From an archaeon (GTDB taxonomy: Archaea > Nanobdellota > Nanobdellia > Pacearchaeales > UBA284), in NCBI GenBank assembly GCA_020343435.1, contig CP070794.1:126413-190412 (forward strand): a DNA stretch of 64,000 nucleotides, written 5' to 3'. Below are positions 47,928 through 57,862 of the stretch, piece by piece. A program made the translations under genes and the position numbers. The notes below the pieces were generated by a model. That model saw only the letters and a program-made list of their open reading frames with translations, did no database searches and had not been told where the DNA came from. Every line of letters begins with the position of its first letter. Positions within the stretch are counted from its first letter, which is position 1.

Positions 47928-49346
47928 TTAAATTTTTTTGATGATTAAATATATAGTTAAAAGTAAACAAATAGTTACAAAAAAATAGGGTAGTATGTTA
48001 AGAACTCCTGAACTTTTATCAGAAACGGCAGATCCTGTGATTGGAGACCGGTACTCTTCATTTTGAGTTTGGGGATTTGTAGAGATAGACTCTTGTTCTT
48101 CTTCATTAAACAATTCTTGAGAGTCTCCCTTTATTTCCTCCACGGTTTGTTCATGACATGAATCAAGATTTATTGAATCTTTGTCTTTTTCCCCAAGTCC
48201 TTCCACAATAATATAATATTTTCCGCTTTCTTCTTTACATTTAAGGTTTATCAAAAAAGATCCTTCATATTCAACATACTTTGACCTAAGATGTATTTTT
48301 GATTCATCACTAACTTTCTTTTCATCAGCATCTTCTACATAAGCTTTAATAGAATATTTTGATGTATCTCCTTTATAGATTTCAACTTCTATTTCAATGG
48401 TCTCCCCAAACTTGGCTGAATTGGGAGATTTGCTAATTTTAATTGTAGACTCTCCTTCCCTTTCTTCTTCAGAAGCAGAATCACAAATAACAGAGATATA
48501 TTCTGCATCAAAATCTGTATAACTAGTGGTGTTTGTTTTTCTTAGTCTTGGCATTAATATTGCTTCTCCTGAAAAGTTTTCTATTTTAAAAGTTAGGGTA
48601 GATTCTCCATAATTCATTGAAGAATTCAAAGCATTTAGAACATAAGACATAGTAGATAACCATTTAGAACCATCCCAAACTCTACCAACACGCTTATCTT
48701 CATCTAAAGATTTTATATCCACCTTAACATCAAACAAGGAATCTTGAAGATTAAATGTTTTAAAAGTTATTTGAAAACTTTCTCCACAATTAACTTCTGA
48801 AGGATAAGTTAATTCTATTCTTTCTGGTTCTGGAACATAAATAGAACAATTATTCCAAGACCCAGGAGTTGGAGAACATTCTTTCCATGAAGAATTATAA
48901 AAACTCCAAGAATCCCCAGAACTTTTGATTGAAGAATTCCAAGAAAAATCACTAATTAAGATATCTTGATCATCAAAAAGAAAAATAGATTCTTCAGAAT
49001 CTTTTAACCCATTCCCAATAGTTGTAAGTTCAAAACAAGAGACATTAATTTCAGAACATCCTGTCTCATTGTTTACATTTGAATCCACAATTAAAATAAA
49101 TGAATTTGGTAGGATTGTTAAGTTAAAAGAATCGTTACTATTAAGATCTCCCACTTTCCAATTTGTTAAATTAACTGTGAAACTTCCAGAATTATAGATT
49201 TCTACCCACTCGTCTTCCATACTGTTGTTTGAATGAGGCATAATTTCATTAAGATAAATCTCTGCAGAAACAAGGTTACAAAACAAGAATAAAAATATCA
49301 GAATTAATGTTAGTTTACCTCCAGACCCCAGGAATTTTTTCACCAC
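47928..49346 (-). CDS. lamin-tail-domain surface protein with C-terminal TM anchor
   Basis: IYLNEIM, EWVEIYN...NLTNWKVGD, PTPGS.N; SPITG before the C-terminal TM. Confidence 0.8.
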   Translation of the reverse strand: MVKKFLGSGGKLTLILIFLFLFCNLVSAEIYLNEIMPHSNNSMEDEWVEIYNSGSFTVNLTNWKVGDLNSNDSFNLTILPNSFILIVDSNVNNETGCSEINVSCFELTTIGNGLKDSEESIFLFDDQDILISDFSWNSSIKSSGDSWSFYNSSWKECSPTPGSWNNCSIYVPEPERIELTYPSEVNCGESFQITFKTFNLQDSLFDVKVDIKSLDEDKRVGRVWDGSKWLSTMSYVLNALNSSMNYGESTLTFKIENFSGEAILMPRLRKTNTTSYTDFDAEYISVICDSASEEEREGESTIKISKSPNSAKFGETIEIEVEIYKGDTSKYSIKAYVEDADEKKVSDESKIHLRSKYVEYEGSFLINLKCKEESGKYYIIVEGLGEKDKDSINLDSCHEQTVEEIKGDSQELFNEEEQESISTNPQTQNEEYRSPITGSAVSDKSSGVLNILPYFFVTICLLLTIYLIIKKI

Positions 49347-50319
49347 ACTTACATCCTCCTTTTTTCAATTTCTTTTTAATAAGATTAAAAGTTTGTCTTA
49401 CTAATAATGCTTCATTACATCTTGGACAAAAAGTTGTTGAACCTTGAACATCTCTAACATTTCCTGTATAAACATACTTTAATCCTTTAGATTTTGCAAT
49501 AATTCTTGCTTTTGTTAAGATTGCTGGATCTGTTGATTGGATATTGGTTAGTTTGTAACATGGATAAAAAGCAGAAAAATGTAATGGAACATCCTCCCCC
49601 AAATTATTTTTTACCCATTCTATTCTTTTTTTAATTTCTTCATCAGAATCATTATATCCTGGGATAATCAAGTTAGTTATCTCTAACCAAACTTTAGATT
49701 CATGTAAAAGTTTTATGGTCTTAAGAACAGAATCCAAATTCCCACCACAAACTTCTTCATAAAATTTTGCATTACCTTTTAGATCTATGTTTGCTGCTTT
49801 AATATGTGAAATTAATTTTTTTAAAGGTTTTTTATTTATGAAACCATTACTAACAATTGTACATTTTATTCTTGCTTTTTTAGCTAACTTAGCAATGTCT
49901 AACATATATTCATAAAAAACAGTTGGTTCTGTGTATGTAAAGGATATTATTCTAATCTTTTTCTTTTTACAAGTTTCAATAACCTCTTCAGGAGTTAAAG
50001 TTAGTGTATTAATTTTCTCAGGATCAACTTGACTTATAGTATAATTCTGACAATGTAGACAGGATAGATTACATCCTGCTGTTGCGATGCTTAATGCTTC
50101 TTTTCCAGGTAAAAAATGATAAAAAGGTTTCTTTTCAATAGGATCTGTTGCAACAGAACAAGGCTTATTATAAACTAAAGATATTAATTTTCCTTTTTTA
50201 TTTAACCTAACTCTGCACTTACCTTTCTCTCCAGAATTAATTGTACAGAAATGGGGACATAGTTGACACTGGACAGAATTATTCTTTAATTTTTTGTAAA
50301 ATAATGCCTCTTTTTCCAT
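49315..50319 (-). CDS. AmmeMemoRadiSam-type radical SAM enzyme (PflA-like)
   Basis: QCQLCPHFC, DPIEKKPFYHF, GCNLSCLHCQN, TYTEP, YVYTGN. Confidence 0.92.
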   Translation of the reverse strand: MEKEALFYKKLKNNSVQCQLCPHFCTINSGEKGKCRVRLNKKGKLISLVYNKPCSVATDPIEKKPFYHFLPGKEALSIATAGCNLSCLHCQNYTISQVDPEKINTLTLTPEEVIETCKKKKIRIISFTYTEPTVFYEYMLDIAKLAKKARIKCTIVSNGFINKKPLKKLISHIKAANIDLKGNAKFYEEVCGGNLDSVLKTIKLLHESKVWLEITNLIIPGYNDSDEEIKKRIEWVKNNLGEDVPLHFSAFYPCYKLTNIQSTDPAILTKARIIAKSKGLKYVYTGNVRDVQGSTTFCPRCNEALLVRQTFNLIKKKLKKGGCKCGEKIPGVWR

Positions 50320-50395
50320 GATGTTTTAATAGATATGAAAGTTATAAATTTTCCTAATCATAAGCTTTTTATAGGGTTATTTTCTAGATAAACCT

Positions 50396-50704
50396 ATGGC
50401 ACACACAAGGATTAAGCTTGCCAGCATAAACATAGGTAAGCTTAACGAGATAATAGAAGCAGTTAAAGATATAGCTTCTAAAAGCGGAGTAGTTATACGT
50501 GGACCTATACCTCTTCCAACAAAAAAGTTGAAAGTAACTACAAGAAAAAGTCCTTGTGGTGATGGAAAAGCTTCTTTTGATAGATATGAAATGAGAGTTC
50601 ATAAAAGGTTAATAGATTTACCAGCAGATGAAAGAGTTCTACATAGTATTATGAGATTACCAATACCTAAAGAAGTTAATGTAGAAATAGAGATGCTTGA
50701 GTAA
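50396..50704 (+). CDS. rpsJ: 30S ribosomal protein S10
   Basis: GPIPLPTK, RKSPCGDG, EMRVHKRLID. Confidence 0.97.
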   Translation: MAHTRIKLASINIGKLNEIIEAVKDIASKSGVVIRGPIPLPTKKLKVTTRKSPCGDGKASFDRYEMRVHKRLIDLPADERVLHSIMRLPIPKEVNVEIEMLE

Positions 50705-51616
50705 TTAAGGTAAAAGAGTCATAGTCTTTGTTGTACTTTCTTTATATTTGTAACTTAAAACAATTTCTATAGGAGAAATATGTGTACTTTCTCCAGTAGC
50801 TAATGTTTTCTCACAACTTACAAGATATCCCAATTGTACACTCCCTTCTAAACCAGCAATAGAATTATATGGTTCCTCTCCTGATTGAATATTACATGCA
50901 AATCCTTGATCTGTTCTGATGAGAATATTAACTCTGTTTCTCTTTAATTGTTCATTAATATCTTCTTGTTCTATTTTATCACAATCTGAATTTAATAGAT
51001 AAACTTCTCCGGTACCCAAGTTAGATATCTTAAAAGAAACAGTAAGTTTATTTCCAACCAATTGCTCTGTTAATTCTTCTATTTGGATTGGTGCTGCAGT
51101 GTTACTATCAGAATCTATTTTATTTCCTTCTAAGGAACATACACTTCCACTTTCACCAACACAAATACTTGTTTGGGTAAAGCTAGCATAATCATAACAA
51201 GAAGTTAATTTCATAGTTAAGTTAAAAGGTTGTGGTAACTGTTGAGCTGCTTGAGCTTCTCTTGCAAAAGTTAAAACTTCAGATCCTCCAAGTTGGGTCT
51301 CTGTTTTTTTAACTAGAACATTTGTATTAATTAATTTGCTTTGAACACCAATTAAATTTTGACCTATTCCTGTTAAATAAAAAGTTGCTGCTCCTGCAGG
51401 GATATCATATCCTCCCAAATTCTGAGCTTCAACATAAATTGGAAAACTTATCCCATAATTAATTTCTGAAGGAGGAGCATTATCTATAAACATAGTCAAC
51501 AACCCAGAACTATCAAAAGTTGTTTCTCCATCTCCACAACTTGTAATTGCTCCCATCACAAATAATCCGAGAGTGACAAGTACTATTAACATAAAGATAC
51601 TTATTTTATCTTTCAT
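50705..51616 (-). CDS. secreted/lipoprotein-like beta-rich protein
   Basis: Signal peptide ending ITSC (lipobox-like); NLGGYDI, APIQI, ISNLGTGEV; SD GAGGT. Confidence 0.72.
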   Translation of the reverse strand: MKDKISIFMLIVLVTLGLFVMGAITSCGDGETTFDSSGLLTMFIDNAPPSEINYGISFPIYVEAQNLGGYDIPAGAATFYLTGIGQNLIGVQSKLINTNVLVKKTETQLGGSEVLTFAREAQAAQQLPQPFNLTMKLTSCYDYASFTQTSICVGESGSVCSLEGNKIDSDSNTAAPIQIEELTEQLVGNKLTVSFKISNLGTGEVYLLNSDCDKIEQEDINEQLKRNRVNILIRTDQGFACNIQSGEEPYNSIAGLEGSVQLGYLVSCEKTLATGESTHISPIEIVLSYKYKESTTKTMTLLP

Positions 51617-51626
51617 TGTTACCTCT

Positions 51627-51668
51627 TTATTTCTTCCTCTTTTTTCTCTTTTTCTTTTTACAAGCCAT
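51627..51668 (-). CDS. putative 13-aa poly-Lys micro-ORF MACKKKKRKKRKK
   Basis: ATG about 30 nt downstream of GAAAC-TTTTAAAA (BRE/TATA-like); stop is followed directly by the SD of the next gene. Confidence 0.4.
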   Translation of the reverse strand: MACKKKKRKKRKK

Positions 51669-51709
51669 TTTATACATTAATTTAGTTTTTTGTCTTTTTA
51701 AAAGTTTCT

Positions 51710-52621
51710 TTAATCTCGTTCTGTTTTTATATTAAATCCAAATTTTTTCTCAAGTTGAACTCCATAAGCTAAACTAACTACTAAAGGAAAACTTTGTTCC
51801 TGTCTATTAAAGATTGTTGTGGAACATTTTACTTTTCTAATATCTTCTAATTCTATTACTCCTCCTTCAATAGGATCTCCTGAAACAGTACACTGTAAAG
51901 TCAAAGGAATTAAACTTATATGAAATTGTGTGAAGTTTCCTCTTGAAAAATCGGGTAAAAATATTTGTCCTACAGTTTGTTTAATTAAATCAATATCTAA
52001 ATCAAGTTTATATCCATCAGTTCTTGGATGTATTGTTTTTGTTGCACTAACTCTAACTGCTGCAGGATCTTGTCCCATAACTGGTTGCTCTGTTCCAGGA
52101 CTTGTTACAGTTGCTGTTGCTTGAGTCATTTCATTATATTGTAAAGAAACAAAGAGATTTGCAGTATATGGCCTTGCCATCTCAGGCATTCCATTGTAGA
52201 AATATTCTGTTTGTTGTGGAAAGAAAATCTCAACAGTTCCAGGACTTATTCCTCCTGAAGAACCTGTTAACCCCAAAAATCCTCCACTGCTCTCCTCCCT
52301 TTCACCAGCCCTAACCACAAAAGGTTGACACTCTCCAAAACCACTTGAACGTATTCCTGCAAAACTATCATCTATGTCATCCCTTATACAAATGGTCCCA
52401 GTTCTTTCCTCCAAATCATAGTTCTCTATCTTTACACCAACATAAAAAATATCTCCTTGTTGTAATAAACTTCCCATGTTCAAGAAATTGGGTCTAGAAA
52501 TTAAAACAAAATCTATTCCTGTTCTTGAAGCATCGCTAGTTCCACATCCAGCTTCTTGTGCTGATGAGAACACAAATAATGCAAGTAATGCAATGATAAT
52601 TAAAATCTTTTCAATTTTCAT
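51710..52621 (-). CDS. secreted beta-rich protein
   Basis: Signal peptide followed by EAGC; coupled to the upstream gene. Confidence 0.72.
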   Translation of the reverse strand: MKIEKILIIIALLALFVFSSAQEAGCGTSDASRTGIDFVLISRPNFLNMGSLLQQGDIFYVGVKIENYDLEERTGTICIRDDIDDSFAGIRSSGFGECQPFVVRAGEREESSGGFLGLTGSSGGISPGTVEIFFPQQTEYFYNGMPEMARPYTANLFVSLQYNEMTQATATVTSPGTEQPVMGQDPAAVRVSATKTIHPRTDGYKLDLDIDLIKQTVGQIFLPDFSRGNFTQFHISLIPLTLQCTVSGDPIEGGVIELEDIRKVKCSTTIFNRQEQSFPLVVSLAYGVQLEKKFGFNIKTERD

Positions 52622-54057
52622 TGTCCTGGAGTAAGGAAGTCTGGTGTTGTCTCTCCAGGTTGTGGAAGAGAGATCTCCTCACCAGGATATCCTTCAGAGT
52701 GTGGTTTAAGTATTGGAGCATCATATTTTGAAACAACATCATAATATGCTTCTATATTTATTGGAGCAAGAGTTGCTTGCACTGGTGCTGACCTCACATA
52801 AATAGAACAAGGGAAGGTATATATTTCTTCCTCATCATTACTATAATATCTGCTTGAATTTTTTAGAACTCCTGCATCAACATTAAACATGTTTAAGGTT
52901 TGTCCAACAGCATCAAAAGCTTCTCCGCAACCTGCAAGAATCGAATCTGGAAACTCTATTCTAATTTCTTTAATAAACTTTAATTCAGTATCTTCATCTA
53001 TTCTTTTTATAGCTAATGAAGCATCATAGGTGTGGCCTTCTTCAAAAGGCATATCATTAAAGGAGTATAAAGCAATAGAGTATGGGGCATTATAAGCTAA
53101 AATTGTTTTTGTTCTTCCCATATTTGGTTCTGAGCCAATATAAACTGGCCAATTTCCAGTTAATCTCACAGGTCTCTCAAATTCCACAAGTACTTTATCA
53201 AAATAAGTATTATGTTGTCCCTCCAGATGAGAGATATCCCCAAAACATCTAAAGCTAGTGTGCATATCCTCTCCACTTAGTGGGAATATGAATTTGTCTC
53301 CTGAAGCATATTTTCCCATGTGTTTTACTTTTAAGGTCTCCTTCTTTTTCTCTCCCAGATAACATTTCGGTGTTATCTCTAATTCTGTTAATTCTGGATT
53401 TTTTACTGTAACTGAAACTAAAACATTGACTTCATCTCGCAGGATGCGCTGATCCGAAAATTCCACATCAATATTCAGCAGTTCTAGAGGATTAATTCTT
53501 TCAGCTTCATCCCATTGTATGAAAAATGGACAACGCGCATCAGCATAGAAACAATACTTGAACTTTTCTAATTCATCAAAAACATCATCAATTTTTTCTC
53601 TTATCGGAGCAAAAGCGAAATTAGCATACTCTCCAACAGGGCCAGTTGTTGCAATAAAAACCATCCAAAGAGTAAAACCTATTGCTACCCCAATAATTCC
53701 AAAGATAATCATTTGTTTTAGTCTTATTGGAATATTGATGAAATAATAAGCAAAACCTCCAACAAAGAACGCCCCAAATCCCAATCCTGCAAAAACTACA
53801 AAAAATAAGAAACTTCCATAAAGTCCTGCAAATCCAAAAGTAAATACAGGATATAAACTCAAAAGAAAAGCTAAAACCAGACCGATAATAAGACCTAATA
53901 AACCAGATTTCCAAGCCTGGCCTAAAGAATCTTTGAAAGTTAATCCTTTTTCATACTCCCATTTAGAACCCAAACCAAAAGCTGCAAGAACTGCTCCAAA
54001 ACCACCTACTAAAATTATCAACCAGATTATAGGGTCAATACCCCAGTAATATGCCAT
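52618..54057 (-). CDS. multi-TM membrane protein with large C-terminal external domain
   Basis: Likely start ATG 54057 (TTTATATA about 35 nt upstream); about 4 Gly-rich TM helices. Confidence 0.75.
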   Translation of the reverse strand: MAYYWGIDPIIWLIILVGGFGAVLAAFGLGSKWEYEKGLTFKDSLGQAWKSGLLGLIIGLVLAFLLSLYPVFTFGFAGLYGSFLFFVVFAGLGFGAFFVGGFAYYFINIPIRLKQMIIFGIIGVAIGFTLWMVFIATTGPVGEYANFAFAPIREKIDDVFDELEKFKYCFYADARCPFFIQWDEAERINPLELLNIDVEFSDQRILRDEVNVLVSVTVKNPELTELEITPKCYLGEKKKETLKVKHMGKYASGDKFIFPLSGEDMHTSFRCFGDISHLEGQHNTYFDKVLVEFERPVRLTGNWPVYIGSEPNMGRTKTILAYNAPYSIALYSFNDMPFEEGHTYDASLAIKRIDEDTELKFIKEIRIEFPDSILAGCGEAFDAVGQTLNMFNVDAGVLKNSSRYYSNDEEEIYTFPCSIYVRSAPVQATLAPINIEAYYDVVSKYDAPILKPHSEGYPGEEISLPQPGETTPDFLTPGQ

Positions 54058-54129
54058 CTTATCTCTTTTTATAAAAAAGGGATTTAACAATATATAAAAC
54101 TTTTTAAAAAACGATGTTTTAAATAAAGA

Positions 54130-54246
54130 ATGGAATATGCCTGTTCATCTCAGAGAAAATCAAAAAAACAAGTAAGAAAGAAAAGAAAATATAATCCTTA
54201 TAGAAGGGGCGGTCCTCAAAGAACTAAAAAAATAAAAAAGAAGTGA
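54130..54246 (+). CDS. putative 38-aa highly basic protein (not in ORF track)
   Basis: MEYACSSQRKSKKQVRKKRKYNPYRRGGPQRTKKIKKK; stop is 1 nt before the prepilin peptidase ATG. Confidence 0.45.
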   Translation: MEYACSSQRKSKKQVRKKRKYNPYRRGGPQRTKKIKKK

Positions 54247-54247
54247 A

Positions 54248-55114
54248 ATGTTAGATATTTTAACAGCAGATATTATTCTTACAGTAATAGCAATAGTCTG
54301 GTTAATAGCTGCATCAGTAACAGATATTAAAAAAAGAGAGGTAGCAGATTGGATAAGTTACAGTTTAATTGCTATTGCATTGGCAACTAAAATTATGGTT
54401 TCTGTATTATCTTCAGATTTTTCATATCTATATTATAGTTTGATTGGTTTGGGGATATTTTTTGGATTAGCAATGGCGCTTTACTACTCAAGAATTTTTG
54501 GAGGAGGAGATGCTAAATTATTGATGGCATTGGGTGCTTGCTTTGCTGTAAAACCAGTTTTTGCAAAAGTGATGAGTTTTGGTTTTATTTATAATGAACC
54601 ATTCTTACTAACTTTAATAATTAATATGTTATTTATTGGGGCAATTTATGGAATAGTGTTCTCAATTATTAACGGATTAAGAAACAAAAAAGGTTTCTCA
54701 AGAACTTATAAAGAAAATTCAAAGAAGAATTATAAAATATTTTATTTTGCTTTAGCAATAATTTTGTTTGTATTTGCTTTGATAACAAAGACTTATAACT
54801 TGATTATTTTGGCAGTAATATTTGCAGTTCTTCCTTATATTTTCACAGCAGTAAAATCTTCTGAACAATTAATGATCAAATTAAAATCTGGAAAAGATCT
54901 GAGTGAAGGAGATTGGTTGGCTAAACCCATTAAAATAAAAAATAAAAATCTTAAAATAACTGCTGATGGTTTAAGTAAGGAAGATATAAAACTAATAACA
55001 AAATCAAAAAAGAAAGTTTATATCAAAGATGGGATTCCTTTTGTTCCAGCGATATTAGTAGCATTAATAATTAGTTTATTTGTAGGAAATATTTTACTGT
55101 TACTCATAGCTTAA
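54248..55114 (+). CDS. prepilin peptidase (A24 family)
   Basis: TDIKKREVAD and GGGDAKLL catalytic Asp motifs, L.EGDW, GIPFVP. Confidence 0.9.
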   Translation: MLDILTADIILTVIAIVWLIAASVTDIKKREVADWISYSLIAIALATKIMVSVLSSDFSYLYYSLIGLGIFFGLAMALYYSRIFGGGDAKLLMALGACFAVKPVFAKVMSFGFIYNEPFLLTLIINMLFIGAIYGIVFSIINGLRNKKGFSRTYKENSKKNYKIFYFALAIILFVFALITKTYNLIILAVIFAVLPYIFTAVKSSEQLMIKLKSGKDLSEGDWLAKPIKIKNKNLKITADGLSKEDIKLITKSKKKVYIKDGIPFVPAILVALIISLFVGNILLLLIA

Positions 55115-55794
55115 GGTCTTCTTTTCTTAACATGTTTGTAGATCTGCTCAGCTTCTGAAGCTTCTTGGATCTTCTGATGTTTTAACAACTTCTTTTTTTC
55201 TTCTTCAAGTTGACCAACAACAGTATTTGTTGCTGCTTTTTTAACTAACTTAGCAACCTTATCTAATTCTTTTTTATCTGCTTTTTTTCTTTCCCAACCT
55301 ATTGCAACATTGTCTCCTTCATATCTTGGGATTACATTAATAAAAAAATGATCAACATTTTGTCCTGCTAACTGTCCTTGTGGTAAATAAATACTCAAAC
55401 CCTTTGCCTTCAAAACATCAACTAAAGCAGGACTAAGAACTTTGACAAAATTCATAATTTTATTTAACAAAGGATTATCTACTTCTTGGATAAAATGAAT
55501 ATGTTTTTTTGGAAAAACAATAATATGTCCTCTAGAAGCAGGCATGATATCTAGAATTGCTAAGATATCCTTATCTTCAAATATCTTTATAGTATCTATT
55601 TCTCCTTTTACAATCTTACAAAAAATACATTCTCCTCCTTGACCTTGCATTTGTTGAAGAAAAGATTCTAATTCTTTTGGAGAAGCTTTCTTAACTTGTT
55701 CCTTCAAATTTCCTATTTTATCTTTAGGTAAACTCTTTAATTGTTCCAAAATTTGTTCTCTTACTTGTTCGGCTTGTTCTTTTGTTAACGTCAT
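55111..55794 (-). CDS. HIT-family protein with N- and C-terminal helical extensions
   Basis: CIFCKI, GHIIVFPKKH, AGQNVDHFFINVIPR. Confidence 0.85.
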   Translation of the reverse strand: MTLTKEQAEQVREQILEQLKSLPKDKIGNLKEQVKKASPKELESFLQQMQGQGGECIFCKIVKGEIDTIKIFEDKDILAILDIMPASRGHIIVFPKKHIHFIQEVDNPLLNKIMNFVKVLSPALVDVLKAKGLSIYLPQGQLAGQNVDHFFINVIPRYEGDNVAIGWERKKADKKELDKVAKLVKKAATNTVVGQLEEEKKKLLKHQKIQEASEAEQIYKHVKKRRP

Positions 55795-55865
55795 ATCCGA
55801 ATATGGTGTGGGATTTTAAATATCTTTTTGTTTACAATAATCCTTAAGTAATATTCTTATTTAAG

Positions 55866-56699
55866 GTGGGGATGAAGTATGAAAGGATTCTCTGGGTTGA
55901 TGATAATCCTGCAGACTGGGCTGGTTCTGTATTAAGAACCCTTTCAAAAAACCAAGAACTTATTAATAAATTTAGGTGGGAGGATTTAGAATCAAGAGTA
56001 ACTTGGGTTTATGACCCAGAAATGGCTGGAAGTTTAAACGCCACAGATTATGATCTAATTATTTTAGATGTGGATATGCCAGCAGATCATCCTGAGGGAG
56101 GAAAGGAACAACTAGATTGGTTAACCAAAGAAATGGGAAAAATTTTCTGTTCAACAGATTTAAGAGATCGGGATGCTGTTTGGAAAGTAATCTGTGGCAA
56201 AATTCATGAGGAATTTGGAAGAACTCTACAAATGTACCCCAACTGGGAAAACGGGGGCTCATTTTCTTATTATCTTGAGCACTTGGTGGGACATAAAGGA
56301 GATGTGGTATTCTTTTCTAACAATGACCTTGGAGGAGCAAGAGATGCATATGTAGTGGGAAGACCATTTTACTTCAAATGGCCAGAAGATACAGAGACAC
56401 TAAGAGGGAAAAAAGAAAAAGTGGAAAAAAGTTTACATGGACTAGAAAAGAGTGTGAAAGCAAATCGGTATTTGGTTTTAGATATCCTAAGAGCATTTCC
56501 AGATGTTAAACTAGTAAATGGAGAATGGGATTGGGGAGAATATCTTGAAGAGAGCAAAAGAAAAAAATCTCTTTCAGGAGATGAATGGGATGAGAGGGAT
56601 AGAAAAGCTCATGAACTAGCAGAAGCGATTCCAGTAAGAAAAGATTGGACATATGCTGGGAGTACAGAATTTGTTAGAGATCTCTTGTTAGCTGCCTAA
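55866..56699 (+). CDS. hypothetical protein with divergent receiver (REC)-like N-terminus
   Basis: ILWVDD and YDLIILDVDMP. Confidence 0.6.
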   Translation: MGMKYERILWVDDNPADWAGSVLRTLSKNQELINKFRWEDLESRVTWVYDPEMAGSLNATDYDLIILDVDMPADHPEGGKEQLDWLTKEMGKIFCSTDLRDRDAVWKVICGKIHEEFGRTLQMYPNWENGGSFSYYLEHLVGHKGDVVFFSNNDLGGARDAYVVGRPFYFKWPEDTETLRGKKEKVEKSLHGLEKSVKANRYLVLDILRAFPDVKLVNGEWDWGEYLEESKRKKSLSGDEWDERDRKAHELAEAIPVRKDWTYAGSTEFVRDLLLAA

Positions 56700-56701
56700 A
56701 A

Positions 56702-56974
56702 TTATCCTATTGCTCTCCTAAAATCAGTTACTTCTACAGATTCAACATGTTCTATTTCTCTTAAAGGAGCTTCTATTTTTTCCTGTTCCATCTCTTCAGG
56801 CCATGCAAAAAGAACCTCCAAGGATTTCAAACCAAAAGCAACAGGTTGAATATCATAAGAATGTATCTTTACATTTAAACCAGAAGCAATTTCTTCAACT
56901 TTTTTCTTAATTGCTTCCAAATCAACTTCAGGAGACTCAGGCATTATCTTTATCTTTAAAGCAGCAATTGCCAT
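56702..56974 (-). CDS. ef1b: elongation factor 1-beta
   Basis: KIMPESPEVDL, PVAFGLKSL, VESVEV; start ATG 56974. Confidence 0.93.
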   Translation of the reverse strand: MAIAALKIKIMPESPEVDLEAIKKKVEEIASGLNVKIHSYDIQPVAFGLKSLEVLFAWPEEMEQEKIEAPLREIEHVESVEVTDFRRAIG

Positions 56975-56975
56975 T

Positions 56976-57128
56976 TTATGGACCTTCAAAACCACAAGCA
57001 CAAGTATACTTAATATTTAATTTTCTACATTTGTTACATCTTGCTATTTTCTTATTACATTTAGGGCATTCAAAAATAACACTTTTATCATCTAAATCTG
57101 CTCCACAACTTGCACATTTTATCTTCAT
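56976..57128 (-). CDS. Zn-ribbon RNA-binding protein (DUF1610-like), 50 aa (not in ORF track)
   Basis: MKIKCASCG...FECPKC...RCNKCR...YTCACGFEGP; canonical neighbour of EF-1beta. Confidence 0.9.
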   Translation of the reverse strand: MKIKCASCGADLDDKSVIFECPKCNKKIARCNKCRKLNIKYTCACGFEGP

Positions 57129-57862
57129 TTTAAAACATTAAACTCACAATTGTTTTGTTTGGCTTTTTTTTGTAGTTCTTGGATTAAATTTTCAGTTTTT
57201 TTATTCCCTGATTTGTAATCTAAAGATTCTACAGTAAGAGTGTAATTTGGGGCACTTTTATAGCTTATGATTCCTTCTTTCACACTTAACACTTTTTTAA
57301 TCCTCTCCATTCCATCTGACTCAAAACACTTTAAACTTAGTTTAGTTTTAACATAGATCTTCTTAGTTTTTACTTTCTCTTTTATTTTTCCAATTAAAAC
57401 TATAGATTCTTTCTCAGTTAAACCTACTTCTTTTAGTAATTTTAAAGATTCTTTTTCTTTTTTAACAACTTCTTCAAAGAAATCAGAGATTCCATACTCT
57501 TTCAAACCTTCCATTATTTTTCCTATTTTATCTTGATCTTGGGTAGTAAGAGATAATAAAACACTTAATTCTTTTTCTTTTTTCTCAGATTCCATTGCTT
57601 GTTTCTTTTCTTTCTGAGAAACTCTTCTTAATGATAAGTCAACATGGCCTTTAACTGTATCTACTCTTAAAACTTTAACAGCTATTTTTTGTCCTGGTTT
57701 AACATAATTCCTAATATTCCTAATTCTTCCAGGAGCAATCTCACTAAAAGTAATTACCCCACTTAATGGAAAATCTTTCAATTTTATGAAAACACTAGCT
57801 ATCTTAATCTTGTCTACTGTTCCTAAAATGATCTTATTAACTTTTGGAAATTCTTTACTCAT
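57125..57862 (-). CDS. eif2a: translation initiation factor aIF-2 alpha
   Basis: S1 domain SEIAPGRIRNIR, KVLRVD..KGHVDLSLRRV, APNY. Confidence 0.92.
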   Translation of the reverse strand: MSKEFPKVNKIILGTVDKIKIASVFIKLKDFPLSGVITFSEIAPGRIRNIRNYVKPGQKIAVKVLRVDTVKGHVDLSLRRVSQKEKKQAMESEKKEKELSVLLSLTTQDQDKIGKIMEGLKEYGISDFFEEVVKKEKESLKLLKEVGLTEKESIVLIGKIKEKVKTKKIYVKTKLSLKCFESDGMERIKKVLSVKEGIISYKSAPNYTLTVESLDYKSGNKKTENLIQELQKKAKQNNCEFNVLK

